From Thermodesulfobacteriota bacterium (GTDB lineage: Bacteria > Desulfobacterota > Desulfobulbia > Desulfobulbales > JAGXFP01), in the NCBI GenBank assembly GCA_039714535.1, contig JBDLJC010000001.1, positions 73,059-137,058 of the forward strand: 64,000 bases of DNA. The letters run 5' to 3'. The notes beneath the pieces were generated by a model, which saw only the letters and a list, made by a program, of their open reading frames with translations, was not told the origin of the DNA and searched no databases. This document shows, piece after piece, positions 39,940 to 48,507 of the stretch. Within the stretch, counting starts at the first letter, position 1; the number at the start of each line of letters is the position of its first letter. A program made the translations under genes and the position numbers.

Positions 39940-40875
39940 TTATCGGGTCAGCGTTATCCTCGTGCTGCTGCGGACGATCTTGTTGTTTATCTGGTCTTCG
40001 ACAATGCCGATTATCCTATAATCACCGATAGGGTCTGAGCTGTCCAGAACCAGAGCCAGTTCCTGCTCGGCCATAATAAACGCCGGGTGAGTCGGGGCTT
40101 TGCCATCTGCCCTTGCGTAACGGCGACGGTTCATCATCGGCTTGCCGGATGGGTCCACCAGGGTAAAAGAAGATATTTCATAGGAAAAATTTCCGTCAAT
40201 GTCCGGGGTAAATCCGGTGACCAGAAATGAGATGTAGATCTCCTGGTACGGTTTTATCGTCTTCAGAAGTTCCAGGCTGATCCTAGAGGCCGGTGGCGCT
40301 TCCAACCATTCCCGGGCATGACCAGGCGAATCTGAGGTGACTATCAGCAGCTTCAAGTCGCCTTCGGCTTTTGGTTCCGGATATATTGTTTCCATAGCAG
40401 GGGGAATGACTTCTTCTGGCTCAGTTCCAGATTCTTCCTCCGGCACTATATCGGCAACGACCGCATTAGCGACAGATGGCTCTCGGATAGTAACGAGCAA
40501 TCCGTCAGGCTGTTCGCGTATCGTGTAATCAAACAATTCATCAAGATTAGAATCAAAAACCACTCTGAACCCATCAGTCCTCCGTCCTGTTCTGACTCGG
40601 GCGAGAGCGGTTCCTACCTGTTTGACAGGGGACGGACCCGTAAGCCTCACGTTCTTAATGTCTAAATACATGCGATCAGGACGATTTTCTTCAACATTTT
40701 TCTTAAGCTGGAATTTGCGGTAGTCCTTTATAGCTCCGTCTGCTTTCAGGTGAACTTTAGTTTCGTTAGCTGCGCGCTCAATTTCGATATCGAAAAGTAC
40801 GGTTGCATTAGCCCGGGCAGTGGGGTGTATAGACAGGCCTAACAGCAGAAATAATAATACTCTGGTCAATTTCAT
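39940..40875 (-). CDS. Secreted protein with an AMIN-like N-terminal domain
   Basis: The start is trimmed to ATG 40875 (RBS gggagag). Signal peptide MKLTRVLLFLLLGLSIHPTARA. The AMIN-like stretch is DRMYLDIKNV..FRVVFD. Confidence 0.45.
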   Translation of the reverse strand: MKLTRVLLFLLLGLSIHPTARANATVLFDIEIERAANETKVHLKADGAIKDYRKFQLKKNVEENRPDRMYLDIKNVRLTGPSPVKQVGTALARVRTGRRTDGFRVVFDSNLDELFDYTIREQPDGLLVTIREPSVANAVVADIVPEEESGTEPEEVIPPAMETIYPEPKAEGDLKLLIVTSDSPGHAREWLEAPPASRISLELLKTIKPYQEIYISFLVTGFTPDIDGNFSYEISSFTLVDPSGKPMMNRRRYARADGKAPTHPAFIMAEQELALVLDSSDPIGDYRIIGIVEDQINNKIVRSSTRITLTR

Positions 40876-41069
40876 TCTCTCTCCCATTTTTAGAACCGTT
40901 TCATTCTGATCTCTATCCCGGATATTATAGGGAACATTCCCGAGTCTGTCTCCTATAATATGAATCTGTTGTCCCGGTTTTGTTAAGTGTTGTTTGCATT
41001 CAATAAGCATGACCGAGGTTCCTTTTAAGAACAATAACGCCAGCCATAGTTGTTTTTGACGATTACCGG

Positions 41070-41447
41070 TTAGGTTCGTGAGCCACTATAGCTCATTTCA
41101 ATTAGGGTGTAATAAAATCCTTTCACTGCGGCCACCGAGAAAAATACCATGATAGCCATGGCCTGCATGTCCACTGATTGCGGTACTAGCAACTTTGCGT
41201 CTTTGATAAGCATGATCAAAACGGCCACATTGACCATGGTTCCAATGCCGAAATGTACCAGCATCTTGGGCAAAAGGTAAAATTGATACATTATCCAGGT
41301 GACAAGGTCGGCAAGGACAAGGCAGTTTAGAAAGCTTTGCATAGCCACGGAAAGATGTAGTCCGTCAAAATAAAAAACCCACGCCCACAGGCCATAAAAG
41401 ACAGAGCGCACTAAGATGTTGGCATTATGTGTGAGTATGGAGTCCAT
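41070..41447 (-). CDS. Small integral membrane protein (about 4 TM), unknown function
   Basis: 125 aa, hydrophobic and AT-rich. One unit of the cassette-like array. Confidence 0.5.
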   Translation of the reverse strand: MDSILTHNANILVRSVFYGLWAWVFYFDGLHLSVAMQSFLNCLVLADLVTWIMYQFYLLPKMLVHFGIGTMVNVAVLIMLIKDAKLLVPQSVDMQAMAIMVFFSVAAVKGFYYTLIEMSYSGSRT

Positions 41448-41471
41448 AATTGATCATATGTTTAAAGATTT

Positions 41472-41548
41472 GGGTGAGGGGCGCGCCCAAAACTTGCCCG
41501 ATTAGGCCGCCACGCTTCTTCGCGTCCCTCGCTACCCTTTGCTTAGAT
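41472..41548 (-). repeat. attC-like imperfect palindrome (unit 5)
   Basis: In gene direction GAGGG(A)CGCG pairs with CGCGCCCCTC. It shares an identical 19-bp box acttgcccgattaggccgc (41492..41510) with 42035..42053. The R boxes are non-canonical. Confidence 0.4.
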
Positions 41549-41986
41549 TTATTTAGGGCCAATCGAAACATTTTCACTTTTTGGAAGGTTGTTATTTAAT
41601 AGATCTATTAATTTTAACGAGCTTCCTGAGAATCGGCGACTAGAAATAGATTTGGTCACTCTATCTTTTGTTATCGCGACAGAAATTGTTGCTTTGTGTT
41701 CTGGCCACACAGCATAGTCTTCTGTTGCCATAACCTCTTTAAAAACCTTATGAGCAAGGGTCTTTATTTCAATGATTATTGTTGGGGCCAGATCAATAGC
41801 TTTTTCAGTAATTTCTGTTGGACTGGCATAACGTAGAATTGTAAATTGCCCATCTTGATGGATATTAAACGATGTTGTGCCAGTGAGGCCAACAGTTGGC
41901 TTTAAAGTGATAGAAATAGATTCGCTGGAAGCAAAGCAGGTGGCCGAAAAGAATAGAAACCAAAAAATTGATATTATAATTTTCAT
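41549..41986 (-). CDS. Small secreted protein, unknown function
   Basis: The start is trimmed to ATG 41986 (RBS gaggt). Signal peptide MKIIISIFWFLFFSATCFA. Confidence 0.5.
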   Translation of the reverse strand: MKIIISIFWFLFFSATCFASSESISITLKPTVGLTGTTSFNIHQDGQFTILRYASPTEITEKAIDLAPTIIIEIKTLAHKVFKEVMATEDYAVWPEHKATISVAITKDRVTKSISSRRFSGSSLKLIDLLNNNLPKSENVSIGPK

Positions 41987-42013
41987 GTTGTTACCTCGAA
42001 AATCTAACGATTT

Positions 42014-42088
42014 GCATAACCAGCGGGCCACAGGACTTGCCCGATTAGGCCGCATTCGTTCACACGGTCTGATATGCGCTGGTTCGGA
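42014..42088 (-). repeat. attC-like site (unit 4)
   Basis: Gene direction reads TCCGAAC-CAGCG...GGCCTAATCGGGCAAGT...CGCTG-GTTATGC. The terminal AACCAGCG and CGCTGGTT pair. It lies 28 nt upstream of the next ATG. Confidence 0.5.
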
Positions 42089-42163
42089 GATTTTTGTCGT
42101 TTGGTTTATTGGTTAGTTAACCTGATTTATTTTTGGGAGACAGGAGCTGGCTACGGGCTGGTT

Positions 42164-42538
42164 TCAGGAGTTATTTTCAAGCAGTCTGATTTCCTCTTCT
42201 AATTTGTCGATCTTTGCCTGTATTTCAGGCCGCGGATCCTCTTCGAGAATGAATTCATTCGGCAGCCCTGTTATCTCGCATATTCCAACTTCTGATTCCA
42301 TTTGGGCAATAGTTTCATCTATCTTCTCGAGTGTATCCACATACACCTGCTGTTCTGCCTTTTTGTTGCTTAACAATTCTTTAATGTCTTGCTCGCTTTT
42401 AAATGACAGCTCTATGGTTCTCTGGAAAGACTTCCATTGGTCGAAGAACTGCCCAGCATATACTTGGGATTCTGGTTGTGTCGGCCATAGAGAAAAAACC
42501 GACAGTACAGTAAAAAGTATGATAAAAAAATATTTCAT
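42164..42538 (-). CDS. Small secreted coiled-coil protein, unknown function
   Basis: Signal peptide MKYFFIILFTVLSVFS and E/K/Q-rich heptad-like sequence. Confidence 0.5.
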   Translation of the reverse strand: MKYFFIILFTVLSVFSLWPTQPESQVYAGQFFDQWKSFQRTIELSFKSEQDIKELLSNKKAEQQVYVDTLEKIDETIAQMESEVGICEITGLPNEFILEEDPRPEIQAKIDKLEEEIRLLENNS

Positions 42539-42603
42539 AGCTACACACCCCTTTGAGGTTAATAATACAGTATAAACTGTCTACCTAAGTCGAGATTTTT
42601 ATA

Positions 42604-42629
42604 CGGCCTGGCTAATGCGCTGGTTATGC
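42604..42629 (-). repeat. Orphan half of an attC-like site
   Basis: GCATAACCAGCGCATTAGCCAGGCCG starts 3 nt after the stop at 42632. It resembles the 5' half of the 42014..42088 site. I found no matching 3' half. Confidence 0.35.
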
Positions 42630-42631
42630 AT

Positions 42632-43255
42632 TTATTTCGTAGTTTTGGGGATCATGTTGGTGAAATTATTGTCAGATAATATCTTTTTGATCACTTCGTT
42701 TATAGAGGTCAAGATTACTTTTGTCATAATTGTGTCACTAGGGCCAGTGTAGGTTCGCTTAATGTTTTTTGAGTAATAAGGCCCTATTTTTATCGACTTC
42801 CCATTTGTGTTTTTAATTTCTATTTCAATCTGAACTTCGCCGTAAACATCCCAGTATAATGCGGTAACATCTGTGCCAATCCAAAAATCTAATATTTTAC
42901 CTGTTATGGTAAGATTCTCGTCGATGTTATTAGTGCTATACCCATTATTTGTTAATTCGCGACGGAACTCATTATGGATTATTTCTGCAATAGGCCGCTC
43001 AACGGACACATCATTTACTGGCAAACCTAAACCAGCCTGTTTGCCTCCAATCAGTTCGGGTGCTTTATTCTTGGTACGAATATCTTGAAACATTTCGAGT
43101 GTGATATTGGATGTGATTTGGTTAGTGCTTGTCGTACTTGGTGCTAGACTATCTTCGAATTTCAATGTAGATGGCCCTAAAGAAAGGCAACCTGAGGTAG
43201 AAAGAAGCAGGGCTATTATTAAACAGTAAAAATATTTGGTGTTAAAAAATTTCAT
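42632..43255 (-). CDS. Lipoprotein (YajG-like?), unknown function
   Basis: Lipobox LLSTSGC. 207 aa. The family guess is weak. Confidence 0.55.
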   Translation of the reverse strand: MKFFNTKYFYCLIIALLLSTSGCLSLGPSTLKFEDSLAPSTTSTNQITSNITLEMFQDIRTKNKAPELIGGKQAGLGLPVNDVSVERPIAEIIHNEFRRELTNNGYSTNNIDENLTITGKILDFWIGTDVTALYWDVYGEVQIEIEIKNTNGKSIKIGPYYSKNIKRTYTGPSDTIMTKVILTSINEVIKKILSDNNFTNMIPKTTK

Positions 43256-43279
43256 TTTTTCTCCATTTATTAGTGATTT

Positions 43280-43717
43280 TTAATCATGTTTATTGAATAT
43301 GCTGTTGATAACCTCATTAACCATTTCTGCTGGTGTTTTTCTGGTAAGGGAAGTGTGGTATGAATTGCCAGATGCTAAAGGAAAATTGTTTTTTGGGTCT
43401 CTTATTTTTATCGTAAGTTCTATCATATACATGGTTAAATCCCAAATCCATTTGTCTTTATACGTGACTATAGCATCAACCCCTTCTGGTGTTTCAACTC
43501 CAGAAGTTACTTGATATCCAATTTCCTTAAGCTTATTGGCTATTAATATATTTATTTCTCTGCCATCTGGTGCAAATTTAGTTACATGAATTGATTTGAT
43601 GCTGGCAAGATTGGCATTTGGGGCAATGTTAGCTGTTGCACGATTAAAAGCACAACCTGAGGCTAGTATAGTGATGATAAGTAACAGGCTTATATTTAGG
43701 AGTAACTTATATTTCAT
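43280..43717 (-). CDS. Lipoprotein, unknown function
   Basis: Lipobox ILASGC. 145 aa. Sits 24 bp upstream of the next lipoprotein gene, so both appear to belong to the same unit. Confidence 0.55.
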   Translation of the reverse strand: MKYKLLLNISLLLIITILASGCAFNRATANIAPNANLASIKSIHVTKFAPDGREINILIANKLKEIGYQVTSGVETPEGVDAIVTYKDKWIWDLTMYMIELTIKIRDPKNNFPLASGNSYHTSLTRKTPAEMVNEVINSIFNKHD

Positions 43718-43732
43718 TTTTTCCCTATTGAG

Positions 43733-43855
43733 GCATAACGTTAAAACTCAGCGGAGCAAATGGGCAGTGCGGACTTGGTAAATTGCACGTATACACAGCA
43801 GTTTACAACTTGATCAAACCTGCCTCTTTTGTTCCGCTGGACTGCCTTGTTATGT
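43733..43855 (-). repeat. attC-like site (unit 2)
   Basis: Gene direction reads ACATAAC-(9 nt)-CAGCGGA ... TCCGCTG-(9 nt)-GTTATGC. The R-like boxes CATAAC and GTTATG are complementary, followed by an unpaired 9-nt spacer and a 7-bp inner stem. Confidence 0.5.
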
Positions 43856-43881
43856 GTTCTCTAGGCTTTACCAAGGTCTGG

Positions 43882-45528
43882 CTACAAGTACCATTCTGTC
43901 TTTATTTCACCAATATCTGCTTCCTTCCATTCTTTTTTCCAAAGCTCCCAAAACGGAATATCATTTGACGAAGGTGGCAAAACACATTTATCTATTTTTA
44001 CTAATGATGGTAGGACGATAGATTCTCCAACCAATAATGCTTCTCCGGCTTGCAATGAAGGGAGTTTATCCGTTAAGTTTCCAAGTGTGTCAGGCAATAA
44101 TCTTTTCACATAATTTTGATCAATTGGGTTTGTTAAACGCATTGCAATAAAACTATTACATTGCGAAAATATTGTTTCGGATATCTCAGAAGGTCTTTGG
44201 CTAGACAATAAGAGAGTTACTCCATACTTACGCCCTTCTTTTGCTATTCGCTCAATTGAATTTTTAGACGCCCGATATTTAACTAAATCACTTCTAGGGA
44301 CATATTTGTGAGCTTCCTCATAAACAAGTAAAAATGGAGTATCATTGTTTATTTTTTCTTCTGGATCTTTTTTTGCTCTCAATCTTTTATAGAAATATCC
44401 GTACTCAAATATAATCCTTGATATCAAAGAAACGGTAATACTAAGAACATCGAATGGGACTCCACTTAAATCCAATATAGTTACATTACTTTTTGCACCA
44501 TCTTTATTTCCGATTAATTGCTTAATTGTATCCTCAAATGAGATGTTTTTACTTTCTTCTCCAAGCAAGAAGTCTAATCTTTTGTCATTTAGCTTATTTT
44601 CTAATCGACTGACGAAGTTGGTTAATTTCCCAAACAATGTCCCTTGCTTTGTTGTGCCAGCCTTAGCTCCATCAATCATCTCTGTATTCTTGCTGTTTGC
44701 AAAATTTAATACTTCTTTAATGTCAAACATTAATGGGGAGTCATAATGGATTTTTGCTTTATCAGTTTCACTGCCGGTAAATTTGGCAATTCTATCTGCA
44801 ACTACTGCTTCTTTAAAAACATTACGTTGATTATGGTCATTTGCTTCTGTGTCAATGAAGAGTTCTTCTAGTTCTTCACTTGTTAGAAGCCAGTATGGCA
44901 ATCGTAAATCTGCTATTCCAAGGTTGATAGATTCAGGAAATGCTGATTTGTATTCTGAATGAATATCAAAGATAATGACATGAGAGTTATTTAATGCAAA
45001 AGTCCCGTCTTTGCCCTCTACAGCTTGTTGAATTATTTTTGTCACAGTATGTGATTTTCCTGATCCCGTTGATCCAATGACCGCGATATGTTTATTGAAA
45101 AAATTGTTTCCATTTACGGGTACTCGAATGTTAGAGTTTGACGATAAAGATGAGAATGTAAATTTTTCTTCGTTAACTATTGATTCTGCGTAAATGGCCA
45201 AAATTTCTTCTTCTTTTGCGGGTTCAACTTTTTTCGGTGGGATTGCAATTGTGTCTCCGCCTCGTTGAAATTTATTATCTTTGACAACTCCAAGAGGATT
45301 GGCCTCAATGATGTACCTACGCTTTGCGACACCTTCTTCTGCTACTTCTATCAGAAAATTATCAATTATTGCGATAAGAGCGATATCGTCATCGTCAGAA
45401 ATACGTATGTAAGATCCGATCTTTAAGGTCTCAGCTGCTGATTGAATAAATTCGTCATCAACAGCTATTTTGACTTTATTGGGATACACAGAGATTACTT
45501 CCGCATTCACCTTGTCTTCGTCTGCCAT
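43882..45528 (-). CDS. herA: HerA-family ATPase (DUF87/HerA-FtsK fold), partner of DUF4297
   Basis: 548 aa. N-terminal HAS-barrel-like region and Walker A VIGSTGSGKSH. The start overlaps the stop of the upstream gene (TGATG). Confidence 0.85.
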   Translation of the reverse strand: MADEDKVNAEVISVYPNKVKIAVDDEFIQSAAETLKIGSYIRISDDDDIALIAIIDNFLIEVAEEGVAKRRYIIEANPLGVVKDNKFQRGGDTIAIPPKKVEPAKEEEILAIYAESIVNEEKFTFSSLSSNSNIRVPVNGNNFFNKHIAVIGSTGSGKSHTVTKIIQQAVEGKDGTFALNNSHVIIFDIHSEYKSAFPESINLGIADLRLPYWLLTSEELEELFIDTEANDHNQRNVFKEAVVADRIAKFTGSETDKAKIHYDSPLMFDIKEVLNFANSKNTEMIDGAKAGTTKQGTLFGKLTNFVSRLENKLNDKRLDFLLGEESKNISFEDTIKQLIGNKDGAKSNVTILDLSGVPFDVLSITVSLISRIIFEYGYFYKRLRAKKDPEEKINNDTPFLLVYEEAHKYVPRSDLVKYRASKNSIERIAKEGRKYGVTLLLSSQRPSEISETIFSQCNSFIAMRLTNPIDQNYVKRLLPDTLGNLTDKLPSLQAGEALLVGESIVLPSLVKIDKCVLPPSSNDIPFWELWKKEWKEADIGEIKTEWYL

Positions 45529-46736
45529 CAGATGATCTCCTTTATATTTCCTAAATCATTAATCTGGATAACAACACTTTTCACATCCACGTTGGGTATT
45601 GAAAGATAGGGTTTATCAAAATAGAATTGATAAACTTCTTTTGTCTTAGTGACATGGGTCAATGTATCAGTTATGTGAGTTTCTTTTGTTAATATTTTTG
45701 CTTTAATATTGTTACTGCTGTCTGCTTTTGTGGCAATTGATTTTGCTGAAAAGTCTGCCCCAGAAAAGGGGAAACCGTCTCTAAACTCAAAGCCTTCATC
45801 GTACAATTGTTTTTTCAATTCTAACAATCTACCGTCAGATATATTATTAAAATGAATATATGGACAATACGTTTGAGGTTCCCTCTTTTTTAGGTTTGAG
45901 TACCGTTTTGAAATTATAAATACTAAATCTTTTAATTCGCCGATGGCATAGTTTGCTGGCAAGTCGATTAAAAAGAAACGCTCAAAAGGTCGCTTGTTAA
46001 GTCTTCTGAAATATCTGTCCTTTAACTCTTTATGGTATTTTGCTTTTCCTTTTAGTTCAAAAAACCATTTATTGAAAAGGACAGTTTTGCGATTAATTCT
46101 TTTTAAAAAATCCTGCTTTGAAATTTTTCTGTCGTTAATATTGTTTTCAATTGCAATTTTCCGTATTTCATTCAAAGCATTATTATAGAAATAGTATTCA
46201 GCATCAAAAAGATCGCAGGAAAATGTGCCTTTTAAAAGGCTTATGATATCATCGAATTGTTCAAGATATTCTTTTGCATTAATATCGATTGATAATGTAT
46301 CTAAAAAGTTCTGTAACTCTCTATCATTAAGTCCCAAATCCTCATGATGTTTTTTTTGCGTCCCATCTACTTTGTAGCTTAAAAATTTATCTTTCAAGAA
46401 ATTTACATCTATTGGCAAAGTAAGCTTGTTATGCCCGGACTTGTAATGCCCATATAGGTGATATTTAATTTGAGGTTTATGTTCTGATTTAGCTTTCCCA
46501 AAATGAGAAAGCATAAATCTGATTGGTTTAGAAATTACAGAGTGATTATATTCCGTTTTTGAATAATACTTACACTGTATTGCGATTGTTTCCAAAGATG
46601 TTGCAATGTCAATATCTTCAACACCTTCAACTACAATCTCGTCTGTATCATTAGAGAGACTCAATAATTGTAGGATTGAGTAATCGAACTGATAGAAATA
46701 TCCTTTAATTGTGTCTGTTGCACTTCTATTGCTCAT
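45528..46736 (-). CDS. DUF4297 (Cap4-like PD-(D/E)xK nuclease) domain protein
   Basis: The N-terminus TIKGYFYQFDYSILQLL...VEGVEDIDI...IQCKY matches the DUF4297 pattern (GxxYQ, E.xED, QxK). 402 aa. Confidence 0.75.
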   Translation of the reverse strand: MSNRSATDTIKGYFYQFDYSILQLLSLSNDTDEIVVEGVEDIDIATSLETIAIQCKYYSKTEYNHSVISKPIRFMLSHFGKAKSEHKPQIKYHLYGHYKSGHNKLTLPIDVNFLKDKFLSYKVDGTQKKHHEDLGLNDRELQNFLDTLSIDINAKEYLEQFDDIISLLKGTFSCDLFDAEYYFYNNALNEIRKIAIENNINDRKISKQDFLKRINRKTVLFNKWFFELKGKAKYHKELKDRYFRRLNKRPFERFFLIDLPANYAIGELKDLVFIISKRYSNLKKREPQTYCPYIHFNNISDGRLLELKKQLYDEGFEFRDGFPFSGADFSAKSIATKADSSNNIKAKILTKETHITDTLTHVTKTKEVYQFYFDKPYLSIPNVDVKSVVIQINDLGNIKEII

Positions 46737-46774
46737 GGAGTCATCTTTGATATTAGAAATTTAGTCTCTGCCAC

Positions 46775-46865
46775 ACATAACGCTATGCATCACCAGTGGC
46801 GCCCATTGACTTGCCGCGTCAGCGCCGCAGACGTTCCCGCCATCTGGTGAATGAAATTGTTAAAT
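46775..46865 (-). repeat. attC-like site (unit 1)
   Basis: Gene direction reads ATTTAAC-(9 nt)-CACCAG[A]TGGCG ...35 nt... CGCCACTGGTG-(9 nt)-GTTATGT. The first box fits RYYYAAC. The inner stem has one bulged base. It starts 3 nt after the stop at 46868. Confidence 0.5.
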
Positions 46866-46867
46866 GA

Positions 46868-47998
46868 TTATTTATCTTTTAGAACTTTTAAATCAGAAAC
46901 AGCCTCGAGCAACCAAACAGAGCCTTTCCGCTCTAAAAAACCTTGAACTTCCAACAACTCTCTAGATTTATGGGCCTCAATAGCCTGAAGATATTGACTT
47001 ATCCCTAGCTCAATTCTCACATCGATATTTCCATATTCCTCATGATAGTGTTTAAGAATAATAGTTCTTTTGCCATCCTCACTTGTTGGATCATTGCTAT
47101 GCAGGTTTACAACCTTTCCAATAATTAGTGTCTTTTCCGGCGATACTTCTTTCAGCTTTTCTGCTGCATATTTCAAATATGAAATTTCCTCATCACCAAA
47201 CGTTTTTGATTTGAAATCTGACACATCTTCAGTTGGAGGTAAATTGGTGGCCCATTGAACAGACAATTCTACTGGTATTTCAAGAGCCTCTCCCATTTCA
47301 ACGATGGCTTCACACATTCTTGAGTTGAACCCAGAACTAAAATTGGCGACCAAAATTTCTGGGTCTTTCTTGGATACAGCTTCAGTTGTGTTCTTTATGC
47401 CTCGCACAATCCTCTCAATAACTTTCCTTTCAATAGGAGGCGAAAATAAGCCTTGTTGTTTGAATTCTTCAATTACTGGTGTTTCAATAGAGAAGCCAAA
47501 ACTGCCCTGGAAGGTGTGGCCAAACCTTATTTTCTCGGCCATCTGATAGCCAACAGTCGAAGGGTAATTATGATGAGGTAGTGCATTCTTTTCAGAACAT
47601 GCGCTATATACAAAAAGATTGCGAATACCGTTCACTTCTTTTTTGGCAAGTTCTAGAGGGATGCTAGACAGGGACTTGTCGTTAGGTGAGATCTTTATAA
47701 AAAAATTATCCCTATTAAAACATTTCAAAAGACCAGCTAATATTGACGGTTCTATTTCGTAAAGATTAGATATTAATAAAAAAACGTCGTACATTCTTTT
47801 GTCAAAATCTTCAAAGTTGTCAGAGCGTGGAAGAAACAATTCAAGAGGAACACCCGCATCATTTTTAGGACCGTGAAAAACTGATAATTTCCTATTCCGA
47901 TGAACTATTTCTTTCCAATCTTTTGATTTTAAAAATGACTTTAAATCAAACAGTGAAATTCCTCTGATAAGCTCAAAAGGGGATTTTATTTCTGTCAT
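46868..47998 (-). CDS. 376-aa protein with no domain I recognise, translationally coupled to the DUF4365-like gene
   Basis: Long AT-rich ORF. ATGA overlap with the upstream gene. No TM segment, signal peptide or nucleotide-binding motif is recognisable. Confidence 0.6.
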   Translation of the reverse strand: MTEIKSPFELIRGISLFDLKSFLKSKDWKEIVHRNRKLSVFHGPKNDAGVPLELFLPRSDNFEDFDKRMYDVFLLISNLYEIEPSILAGLLKCFNRDNFFIKISPNDKSLSSIPLELAKKEVNGIRNLFVYSACSEKNALPHHNYPSTVGYQMAEKIRFGHTFQGSFGFSIETPVIEEFKQQGLFSPPIERKVIERIVRGIKNTTEAVSKKDPEILVANFSSGFNSRMCEAIVEMGEALEIPVELSVQWATNLPPTEDVSDFKSKTFGDEEISYLKYAAEKLKEVSPEKTLIIGKVVNLHSNDPTSEDGKRTIILKHYHEEYGNIDVRIELGISQYLQAIEAHKSRELLEVQGFLERKGSVWLLEAVSDLKVLKDK

Positions 47999-48507
47999 GA
48001 CAAATCCCCACTGCTAACTTTTGTGATTAAATTCTTTATTGTGCTTGGCGTTAGAAGTTGTTCCCGAGGTATTTTGACCCTGACAGTAGATGTATTTTTT
48101 GTGGGTTCGCCACTTACTGAGAAATAATAGCAACATTTTTTTATCGTCAACGATTCTTCAGATACACAAATCCATTCTTTAATATCTTTTGGAAGGCACA
48201 TAACCACAAGAAAGCAGGGAATAGTAGAATTGTTTCTACGATACAAAAGCTTGTTGTATACGTCTGCATCTAGGTCATAAATTACATGGTTTTCATCCAC
48301 ACCCAAATTTATTGTCGCTTTAAGTTGGCAGTCAAATATGCCACCCATATCCATTCGTTTTCCATCAATGGAATCGACTCGCCGAACTGTAAGGTCAACA
48401 CCATAGTCATGATTGACTATGTCATATGTTGCCCCAGCTCTCGAGACAATGGCGCTAACCAAAGACACGCTCATGGATTCTTCGATAGATTGGATGGGAG
48501 TGGTCAT
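47995..48507 (-). CDS. DUF4365-like PD-(D/E)xK (restriction-endonuclease-fold) protein
   Basis: 170 aa. The layout SIEES...HDYGVDLTV...FDCQLKAT fits the E / D.G(I/V)D / Q.K motif arrangement of DUF4365. Confidence 0.6.
   Translation of the reverse strand: MTTPIQSIEESMSVSLVSAIVSRAGATYDIVNHDYGVDLTVRRVDSIDGKRMDMGGIFDCQLKATINLGVDENHVIYDLDADVYNKLLYRRNNSTIPCFLVVMCLPKDIKEWICVSEESLTIKKCCYYFSVSGEPTKNTSTVRVKIPREQLLTPSTIKNLITKVSSGDLS

Noticed and set aside
39600-41100. A direct repeat of the tRNA-His 3' end at the far side of the island, which would be an attL/attR signature.
   Set aside because: I could not find the tRNA 3' sequence (tggggtgagtgatgggatttgaaccc or its complement) anywhere else in the window, and there is no integrase gene. 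Classical tRNA-targeted integration is therefore unsupported.
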